This document shows, piece by piece, positions 51,232 through 58,496 of a DNA stretch of 62,797 bases. The notes below the pieces were generated by a model. It was given only the letters and a program-made list of their open reading frames with translations, made no database searches and was not told the DNA's origin. This DNA comes from Bacteroidota bacterium (GTDB lineage: Bacteria > Bacteroidota > Ignavibacteria > UBA10030), in assembly GCA_016928255.1 (NCBI GenBank), contig JAFGLB010000013.1, positions 1 through 62,797 of the forward strand, read 5' to 3'. Position numbers and translations under genes: made by a program. Numbering within the stretch: position 1 is the stretch's first letter; every line of letters begins with the position of its first letter.

Positions 51232-53733
51232 TTAATATTCTTCCCTTTCGCTTAACGATTTGTATTCATTGGCTTTCATAATATTCCCCTGCTTTGAGTA
51301 TAACTCTGATAGATGTTCATAAATATTTGAAAGCTTGATGTTCATGGAGCAATAACTCAAAAATCCATCGGGAATTAAATAATTATTTAATATCGATCTT
51401 TGATCTTTACAAGTAAAATTGTACATAGCACTTGTTTTACTTGCATGGAAAGAATGTTGAATTAATGAAGCCGAAATAACATTCTTATAATATTTTATTG
51501 CCTCACTAACTTGATTATGTTGTTCATAATATTCGCCTAATCGTAATGCTGGATATAAATCAGCTTGATCAAGCAGAGCTGCCTTCTGATAACAACGCAG
51601 CATTTCATTCGTATCTGTAAATTGATAAAGATCGCCGAGATAAAGCCATGGGCGCGGAAGATTAGGTAAAGTGCTAGTTACAGATTTCAATAATATTTTA
51701 GATTTTTCATATTCTTTGCAAAACAAATACAATTTTGCAAGTCGAGCGCCTGCTAATGGATCATTTTTCAAAGTATATATATTTTCTAAGCTATCTATAC
51801 TGTGACGTACTAATATGACTGATTTGTCCGGGAATCGCTTTTGCAAATCACAATAAAATGGCGAATCCAATATGCTGGGCTGCTGCTGAATGGCCTGTCC
51901 GTATTCTATAAAAGCAGAATCTATGTTTCCGACATACTCATAAAACATTCCTAAACCAATATGATAAACAGGAATACTGTGATTCAATTGTATGGCATAT
52001 TGAAAGTAATATTCTGATTTATTAATAGCTTTATTGAATAAATATAACCACCCAAGATTATAGTAAAACTCATCATCCGATGGATTAATCATAACAGCTT
52101 GTCTATAATAATTAATACTCGCTTCAATATGCCTGACTTCTGTTTCATTAAATACATAATTATGTGCTAAGAATGTATCTACATTAAATATTCTATCAAT
52201 CAATCTTTCCTCTGTCAATCCATCGGAAGATAAATAATAGGCATTATTCGGAGCCAACCGAATTGCGGATTCTATATTTTCTTTTGCTCGGATATAATTA
52301 TTATGGTTTATACTTTCAATATAATCGAGATAATAACTTTCTGCTTTTTCCTTTTTTAAAGAATTTATTGCTATAATTAAAAATATTAAGCCGAACAATA
52401 AAAAAGGGATTATGATTTTTAATTTTGAATAAAGGGTAATATGTCTGGGTTCTTTTTTCCCATAAGGTGATTGTGTGTTATGAGCAAATATGAACCAGAT
52501 AAGAAGATGTGCCCCTTTATTATACAAAATTGAAGAATAACTTAAATCCCGAACAAGAATTGCCGCGAAAGCGCTCATCATTAAAATCACAGAAGCTTTT
52601 TCATTCCATTCTTTTAAGTATTTTATTTTACGATGAGAAACATAAAAGAACGAAATAATTAAAAAACAATATGCAGCAATCCCTGGCAATCCTTTTTCAA
52701 CAGCAAGCTGTAAAAAGAAATTAAAAATCCTTCCTGCAAATGGAGCATTGTCGTTTTGATCCTTATACTTTCCATATTCGATGGCAAAATTATTTGATCC
52801 GATGCCAGTCAGTGGATGTTCTTTTATCATCATAAAGCCTGTCTTCCATAAATTTTCTCTTCCTTCATAACTCCGGATCTGTGATGTTGTACGGAACATA
52901 GAAGCTGTTGATAAAACAGAATCGCGAACCGGTGAAATTAAAAATATTATTGCTAATGGAAGAATAATTGCTGCATTAAAAAACAATACTATTTTAAGCG
53001 ATGATAACTTATATATAATAAATAATATACTTGCCACGACAAAAAAAGCTGCAATTGCTATGTACATTCCTCTGAAACAGGAGATGACTGGAATTACTAA
53101 AATTATTATTGGCAACAATAAATATAAAGTTGAAACAAAAGGCTGTTCTTTTTTATACTTAATAAAAAACAACATGATAGAAAAGGGAAGACATACGAGA
53201 TACAAAGTGCTCCATTCTGCTGTAGGAGTACCAATTGGAGCACCAAAAGAAAACGCATTCTTAAAATCATTGATATTTGATAAACCGGCAGACAACATTT
53301 GGGAATAGTTAGAAGAAAAGCCTATAATTCCATCAATGAAAAGAAATACACCTAGCACAGTAATAAAAATATAAATAGCCCTTATTTGATATTCATGTTT
53401 TAGATTAAATTTAATCCAGTAATAGAATAGAATAAAGTAGCTGATATCGGCAATACTATAATAACTATTTTCTCTATAAATTGATGTTAAATAACTTATT
53501 ACTTCTACAACAGCGATCATTGCTATTGCAATATCAAACAAAGTAAACTGATATGTATCTGACGCTAAATCAACATCTAGGATGTGTTTTGACGAGAAAA
53601 GAAAGAATACAACAAGTAAGAATAGACCTGAATTAAAAAATCCGTAAATCGTTAGGAATATTATTAAACAAGTTATTACAATAAAGGAATTGTCAAAAGC
53701 TTTCCTAAGTTCTTCCAATCTCCCTGAAAACAC
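51232..53733 (-). CDS. O-antigen-ligase-like (Wzy_C) polytopic membrane protein fused to C-terminal TPR repeats
   Basis: 833 aa with about 12 or more TM segments. The Wzy_C-type loop is HPLTGIGSNNFAIEYGKY. The C-terminal region of about 380 aa has TPR-like repeats (AIRLAPNNAYY..., YYRQAVMINPSDDEFYYNLGWLY, YFQYAIQLNHSIPVYHIGLGMFY...). Confidence 0.65.
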   Translation of the reverse strand: MFSGRLEELRKAFDNSFIVITCLIIFLTIYGFFNSGLFLLVVFFLFSSKHILDVDLASDTYQFTLFDIAIAMIAVVEVISYLTSIYRENSYYSIADISYFILFYYWIKFNLKHEYQIRAIYIFITVLGVFLFIDGIIGFSSNYSQMLSAGLSNINDFKNAFSFGAPIGTPTAEWSTLYLVCLPFSIMLFFIKYKKEQPFVSTLYLLLPIIILVIPVISCFRGMYIAIAAFFVVASILFIIYKLSSLKIVLFFNAAIILPLAIIFLISPVRDSVLSTASMFRTTSQIRSYEGRENLWKTGFMMIKEHPLTGIGSNNFAIEYGKYKDQNDNAPFAGRIFNFFLQLAVEKGLPGIAAYCFLIISFFYVSHRKIKYLKEWNEKASVILMMSAFAAILVRDLSYSSILYNKGAHLLIWFIFAHNTQSPYGKKEPRHITLYSKLKIIIPFLLFGLIFLIIAINSLKKEKAESYYLDYIESINHNNYIRAKENIESAIRLAPNNAYYLSSDGLTEERLIDRIFNVDTFLAHNYVFNETEVRHIEASINYYRQAVMINPSDDEFYYNLGWLYLFNKAINKSEYYFQYAIQLNHSIPVYHIGLGMFYEYVGNIDSAFIEYGQAIQQQPSILDSPFYCDLQKRFPDKSVILVRHSIDSLENIYTLKNDPLAGARLAKLYLFCKEYEKSKILLKSVTSTLPNLPRPWLYLGDLYQFTDTNEMLRCYQKAALLDQADLYPALRLGEYYEQHNQVSEAIKYYKNVISASLIQHSFHASKTSAMYNFTCKDQRSILNNYLIPDGFLSYCSMNIKLSNIYEHLSELYSKQGNIMKANEYKSLSEREEY

Positions 53734-53739
53734 TCCTAT

Positions 53740-54450
53740 TTATCTCCCCATCATTAACTGCATATTTTCGGATAAAAGACCAACCGCAAATTGGAACCCA
53801 ACGCCCCAAAACCAAACAGATGTAACTAAAACAGCAGATTTCCATTTTTTAAGCTGACAAATTACAGACATTCCAATTGTAAGTACGACTACGTACCATA
53901 CAGAAAATACGTTGAAGTTGTTTAAGAAATTAAAAAGAAGAACATTCTGCGATTTGTCAGCAAGGAAAAAGTCTAACCCTATTATTGTATGCAAATCGGT
54001 TAAGTTGCTTACTGCATCTACACCCTTGATGAGTATGAGCAATACATTAATGATTCCCATGAGTGCCAAAATAAATTCTGAATAAACAACAACCGCATAA
54101 AGAGTTTTAAAGTTGTTTTTTTGTGCATCAAAAAGTATTGCACCTAAATATAAAAACGAAGAAATGAACAACCATTTTAGCAGGAAGGTTATTGGTATAA
54201 GAAGACGCATAAACATTCTATATCTTGACGTTGTAGATGCAACTTTTTGTGCCTGTTCTTCGCTCATTTTGACTGTAAATGTTTCCTCCATTATTTTTTG
54301 GATAAATGGAAGCATAAAATACCCACATATGAGACTCACAGCACAAATGATTAAAAATGCCACAGGCCATTTAGGCGTTTTCTTTATATTTTCAAAAACA
54401 TCTGTTGGAGTTGCAAAAATGTTGATAATGTTAGATAACGCTACAGCCAT
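53740..54450 (-). CDS. Yip1-domain integral membrane protein
   Basis: 236 aa. The N-terminus is Yip1-like (IFATPTDVFENIKKTPKWPVAFLIICAV) and 5 TM segments follow. It overlaps the upstream ABC gene by 10 nt. Confidence 0.6.
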   Translation of the reverse strand: MAVALSNIINIFATPTDVFENIKKTPKWPVAFLIICAVSLICGYFMLPFIQKIMEETFTVKMSEEQAQKVASTTSRYRMFMRLLIPITFLLKWLFISSFLYLGAILFDAQKNNFKTLYAVVVYSEFILALMGIINVLLILIKGVDAVSNLTDLHTIIGLDFFLADKSQNVLLFNFLNNFNVFSVWYVVVLTIGMSVICQLKKWKSAVLVTSVWFWGVGFQFAVGLLSENMQLMMGR

Positions 54451-55229
54451 GACAATTTCCCTTTTTGTTTATCTTCGCTTTTATTCGCAACAACATCAAT
54501 AAATATTTCTTCTAACGATTGATACGTTTCTTGCGTAATCTCATTTTTAATCTTGCTGCGTATATCCTCTGTTTTGGATTGAAAAACTAATTTGCCTTTA
54601 TTAATTATTGCAATTTCGTCACACAGTTTTTCTATTGTATCAAGAACGTGCGAAGTAATTAATACTGTTGTGCCATTTTGCACCATTTGTTTTAAAACAT
54701 CTTTAATTCTTTTGGCTGAGATAGGGTCAATGCCTTCTAACGGTTCGTCTAATATTAATAACTTTGGTTTGTGTATAATTGCTGCGGCAAGAGAGACTTT
54801 TTTCTTCATTCCAGCAGAATATTTTTCTATCCATTCATTTTGTTTCTCGCTCAATTCAAGAAATTCGATAAGCTCTTGTGCGCGTTTTTTTATTTCGTTT
54901 TTCTCAATATCATACATAGAACCGGCAAATTCCAAATATTCCTTAACCGTGAGCTTTTCGAAGTAAGTTGGGCGCTCTAATACGAAACCTACTTGTCGTT
55001 TATATTCATAGTCTCCATCTTTTATTTCTTGGTTACGAAAATATACTTTCCCTGTATCTTTTTTGACCAACCGAGCAATTATATTAATTGTTGTTGACTT
55101 TCCAGCACCGTTAGGGCCTAAAAAACCGAAAATACTATTTTCACTTACCGATAAGTTGAGGTCATCTAAAGCTAATTTTTTAGCAAATAAATATTTTTTA
55201 GAAATATCTTCAAGTGTGAGTACGTTCAT
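54441..55229 (-). CDS. ABC transporter ATP-binding protein (ABC-2/immunity-type)
   Basis: Walker A is GPNGAGKST, the signature is YSAGMKKKVSLA, Walker B is LLILDEP and the H-loop is TSHV. An ATGA overlap joins it to the upstream membrane gene. Confidence 0.9.
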   Translation of the reverse strand: MNVLTLEDISKKYLFAKKLALDDLNLSVSENSIFGFLGPNGAGKSTTINIIARLVKKDTGKVYFRNQEIKDGDYEYKRQVGFVLERPTYFEKLTVKEYLEFAGSMYDIEKNEIKKRAQELIEFLELSEKQNEWIEKYSAGMKKKVSLAAAIIHKPKLLILDEPLEGIDPISAKRIKDVLKQMVQNGTTVLITSHVLDTIEKLCDEIAIINKGKLVFQSKTEDIRSKIKNEITQETYQSLEEIFIDVVANKSEDKQKGKLSWL

Positions 55230-55879
55230 GTTAACTCGATTATCTTATAAATATTTTTAGATAGTTGTTTTGCTGAAACTGGAATTGAAATGTAACGCCA
55301 TAAAAATAGCATGATAAGTATGTATGGATAACAATACACGACAGTATTAAAAATAATTTTGATAACGAAATATGGAATTGAAAATAATATAATAGCAAAG
55401 ATGCTAATGACTATATTTATAAATGCATATTTTAAAGAATTATTTTTTGTAGGACGAGAAGATGTTATATTGCGAAGCATAATAAATGGAAAAACAATTG
55501 TTAAGCCATATGTAAATGCTAAGAATACTTTATAGGTCGTAAGTTGAAACATGAAAAACACAATAAACGAAAACAGTAACAAACAGAATATTGTAACAAA
55601 GGCTGCTGCGAGATTTTTCGCAATTACCAAAGATTGGAAGTGAATAGGGAATAGTTGATATTTCATAAATTCATTATTAGTAATGTCAAAAAGACTATTA
55701 ATTTTATTTTCAAATATGCAAAAGAACAAAATGAATAGAGGTATTACAGTTTGCACTGCAATACTTTGATATAATAATAATAATTTCATGGAGGCAACTA
55801 TTAAGCCTAAGAATAAAGGGGCGACTATAATCTGTCTATACTTTATGAGAAGGATTATTTGAAAAATAATCATTTTCAT
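55226..55879 (-). CDS. Polytopic membrane protein (putative ABC-2 permease component)
   Basis: The product is very hydrophobic with about 6 TM segments. The longest ORF reaches 55930. The ATG at 55879 (MKMIIFQ...) overlaps the upstream stop as TAATG and is the likelier start. Confidence 0.55.
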   Translation of the reverse strand: MKMIIFQIILLIKYRQIIVAPLFLGLIVASMKLLLLYQSIAVQTVIPLFILFFCIFENKINSLFDITNNEFMKYQLFPIHFQSLVIAKNLAAAFVTIFCLLLFSFIVFFMFQLTTYKVFLAFTYGLTIVFPFIMLRNITSSRPTKNNSLKYAFINIVISIFAIILFSIPYFVIKIIFNTVVYCYPYILIMLFLWRYISIPVSAKQLSKNIYKIIELT

Positions 55880-56619
55880 TAAATATATTTTTTTGACACT
55901 ACGTATCCAGAATAAAAAGCCAAAAAACATAAAAGTAATAATAAGCCAAGATATGCAAAAGACAGAAAAACATTATTTTCTTTAGCCGCCAGTAAAAACA
56001 TTATCGGCAAATTCACTACTGGAATATGTAAGCTATAATATTGGGCATTCAACCACATTATTGGGAACCAACTTAAGGAAAGAAATGCAGAAATCTTAGC
56101 ATTTGTGGTTACGGATAATTGCTCTCTAAAAAAAAATATTGCTGCGAACACAATTTCAAAGAAAATCAAGCATAAGATTACAGCTAATGTGAAAATAATA
56201 ACTAATAAGTCAGAGAAGCCTAATAATTTAATTACAATTATTAATGGCACTATACCGTTAAAATATAGTAATATTCGAAAGTCGACAAATGAAATTTTAA
56301 AAAAAAGGAAAAACATCTGGAAAGGTGAATATGGGAAACGATTGATCTTAAAAAAAGAAATACTGAAATGATTGCGATACCTATAATCCAATATTACAAA
56401 ATTTAAGAATATTAAACTAGTAAAGAACATCATCCAAGACTTATAAAACTCTTGCCCTAAAACCATCTTTTGAAAAACGAACCGACCATAGCTAATTCCA
56501 AATACAACAAGACAACCAACACCAATCACCACACTATATCGAAGATTCCATTGCAAAAAACGACGTAAAAGCATTCTATTTAGATCGAACAATATTTTCA
56601 TTCCCTTAGAAGTTCCCAT
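55879..56619 (-). CDS. Polytopic membrane protein (putative ABC-2 permease / immunity component)
   Basis: 246 aa with about 6 TM segments. It is the first gene after the precursor-peptide hairpin. No family was recognised. Confidence 0.55.
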   Translation of the reverse strand: MGTSKGMKILFDLNRMLLRRFLQWNLRYSVVIGVGCLVVFGISYGRFVFQKMVLGQEFYKSWMMFFTSLIFLNFVILDYRYRNHFSISFFKINRFPYSPFQMFFLFFKISFVDFRILLYFNGIVPLIIVIKLLGFSDLLVIIFTLAVILCLIFFEIVFAAIFFFREQLSVTTNAKISAFLSLSWFPIMWLNAQYYSLHIPVVNLPIMFLLAAKENNVFLSFAYLGLLLLLCFLAFYSGYVVSKKYI

Positions 56620-56658
56620 ATATTCTTAATAATAGATACTTATCCAATAAATATATTG

Positions 56659-56700
56659 GGGCTGCTTAAAAACATTCTTTTTTAAGCAGCCCTTTTTTTT
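56659..56700. terminator. Strong hairpin (14-bp stem) flanked by A8/T8, directly downstream of the precursor-peptide gene; probable partial terminator or mRNA stabiliser
   Basis: ggctgcttaaaaa(56659-56672)-cattct-tttttaagcagcc(56679-56692), with T8 on the plus side. On the coding (minus) strand the stem is followed only by CAAUAUAUUUAUU. Confidence 0.5.
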
Positions 56701-56706
56701 AGATCA

Positions 56707-56979
56707 TCAGCAAGCTTCAGATTTCCAACCATTATATAATGCACCAATTGCGCATCCAGCAAGCCCTCCGTAAAACCCAAAATAAGAACCAGCACAGCCG
56801 CCCATGAATCCTCCATATGCTATATCACCTAAGCAAGCCCACCCATCCCAACCACCAACAGATTGCATCATCTGGGTGTCAGTCATTTTTACAGAGCTAT
56901 TTTGTGTGCTAGGCATGGCAGAAACAGTCACTACCAAAACCAAAGATAGAACTAGAATACACGAAATTACCTTTTTCAT
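56707..56979 (-). CDS. Gly/Cys-rich bacteriocin-like precursor peptide carrying a Sec-type signal and an internal double-glycine site
   Basis: The 90-aa product is MKKVISCILVLSLVLVVTVSA|MPSTQNSSVKMTDTQMMQSVGG|WDGWACLGDIAYGGFMGGCAGSYFGFYGGLAGCAIGALYNGWKSEAC. A perfect SD (AAGGAGG) ends 4 nt before the ATG. The 47-aa core has 13 Gly in GxxxG arrays and 4 Cys, resembling Blp/lactobin-type class II bacteriocins. Confidence 0.7.
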   Translation of the reverse strand: MKKVISCILVLSLVLVVTVSAMPSTQNSSVKMTDTQMMQSVGGWDGWACLGDIAYGGFMGGCAGSYFGFYGGLAGCAIGALYNGWKSEAC

Positions 56980-57061
56980 AAATCCTCCTTAAAGGTATGT
57001 TTTTTTGTTTAGTTATTAAAGTTCCCGCCCACTGCGGCCTGTCTGTCAACAATAAACTCCA

Positions 57062-57097
57062 ATACTTCACTTTGGCGGCCGAGCCAAAGTGAAGTAT
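57062..57097. promoter_or_regulatory. Perfect 15-bp inverted repeat (6-nt spacer) between the C39 gene and the precursor gene
   Basis: atacttcactttggc-ggccga-gccaaagtgaagtat was verified base by base. No U-tract follows on the coding strand. A TTGACA hexamer lies about 15 nt downstream on the minus strand. Confidence 0.5.
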
Positions 57098-57137
57098 CTT
57101 CATTCATAATCAACAAACCAGCAGGCAAGGATTATTT

Positions 57138-57677
57138 TTACTTGCTTTCTTTAAACACCAAGGTTTCACCTTTCCATATTTCGCACAATTCTTTTTTCCC
57201 GATCTTCATTCTTCCCATCGCTGGATTACGATAATAAAGAGTATCTTCTCTTACGCTATCAGCAACTATAAAGTGATTATTATTAACATAGAGGATAGAA
57301 GGAAATGAGGAGCACGTAAAATCATTAAACGTAAACCTCCAGCCTTCCGCTTTTAGGCCGTTTTTCTCCGCAATCTTTTTTAAGTCCAGCATAGAAGTGC
57401 CTTTATCAGTAAGCGTTATGCCAGTTTCAATTTTCTTCAGCGATATAGGAATATCGTAATAATCAAATATCATTTTTAATGCACACGGCCCGCATTCATT
57501 TGTGTTCATTTGGAAAACAACTCCATAATTACCGAGATATTCTCCAGGCGTCTTCCAAAATGCATGTTGATCATTTTTTCCTGAGTTATGGGATTCTAAT
57601 CCAAAAACAATAAAAGCAACAACAATCAATACCATTACAATTAAACCAAAGAGAGCATATTTTTTCTTTTTATTCAT
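57138..57677 (-). CDS. Stand-alone, N-terminally membrane-anchored C39-family (bacteriocin-processing) cysteine peptidase domain protein
   Basis: 179 aa. An MNKKKK segment plus a TM helix precedes the domain. The C39 motifs are QMNTNECGPCALKMIFDYYDIP (Gln/Cys) and NNNHFIVADSV (His), with Asn at His+16 where Asp is usual. No ABC transporter is fused. Confidence 0.75.
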   Translation of the reverse strand: MNKKKKYALFGLIVMVLIVVAFIVFGLESHNSGKNDQHAFWKTPGEYLGNYGVVFQMNTNECGPCALKMIFDYYDIPISLKKIETGITLTDKGTSMLDLKKIAEKNGLKAEGWRFTFNDFTCSSFPSILYVNNNHFIVADSVREDTLYYRNPAMGRMKIGKKELCEIWKGETLVFKESK

Positions 57678-58243
57678 AAATGTTTTATTCCCGCATCTTG
57701 ATTGTTGTTTTTAAATTGTAAAAAGGCTTTTTGCAATTGAACCACACTTTGAGTGCTTACTATAAATCTAACCATCTGAAAATCCTTATTGAGGAAATAT
57801 ATCACTGGAATTGGTAGAACATGAAAAGCATCTTTTGCTTTATTCTTTAAGTCTAAATACACAGGAAAGACAACATTCATCTCTTTGATGAAATCAATTG
57901 TTTCTTCTTTACCATCGATAGAAATACAGAATATATCGATAGAATCATCGATTAATGGCTTCAACAAGAGTAAGTTTTTCATTCCATCTTTACAATGAGA
58001 ACAACCTGTGGAAAAGAATAGAATGATCGTTTTCTTGTTAATAAGGGATCTTATCGCAACATCTTTTCCATCTAAAGTCTGAACTTCTGCAGGCGGTACA
58101 GTATCGCCAATGGCAAGCGGTTGAACAATAAAATTATTCTGTATATAAAGATATCCAAAACAACCGGCAATTATTATAAATGCAATTATGGACAACGCGA
58201 TTGCTTTACGTGAATGAAGTGGTATCCTATCCGTTTTACCCAT
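57674..58243 (-). CDS. Membrane-anchored TlpA/ResA-like thioredoxin-fold protein (CxxC)
   Basis: 189 aa with an N-terminal TM anchor. The motif FFSTGCSHCKDG sits in an AhpC/TSA-TlpA-like context. An ATGA overlap joins it to the C39 gene. Confidence 0.75.
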   Translation of the reverse strand: MGKTDRIPLHSRKAIALSIIAFIIIAGCFGYLYIQNNFIVQPLAIGDTVPPAEVQTLDGKDVAIRSLINKKTIILFFSTGCSHCKDGMKNLLLLKPLIDDSIDIFCISIDGKEETIDFIKEMNVVFPVYLDLKNKAKDAFHVLPIPVIYFLNKDFQMVRFIVSTQSVVQLQKAFLQFKNNNQDAGIKHL

Positions 58244-58496
58244 TACTATGCCTAGAATGATTTACATTTCTTCTGATAAGAAAAACAATTCAAATAGGCT
58301 TGGCGCTAATATACTTTTACATAATGCGTTAGCTTGATTTATATTAAATAATCTTCACAATAAAGTCAAATCTTTTAAATAAATAAAATGAATTATGATA
58401 AAGTCAGTTATTGTGGCAACTTTTTGAACGACAGAGTGTGTATGTTTTGCAGATCGTTCAAAGTCTATAGAACAAACCGCGGATACCCTGTATATT

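Larger units (their letters stand above)
47850..58400. other. AT-rich genomic island (candidate horizontally acquired block); boundaries approximate
   Basis: These are hand counts on 60-nt lines. Inside the island, 55261-55320 has 18/60 G+C and 52381-52440 has 13/60. In the flanks, 46261-46320 has 26/60, 59941-60000 has 27/60 and 44401-44460 has 34/60. No integrase, tRNA or clear direct repeats were seen at the edges. Confidence 0.5.
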
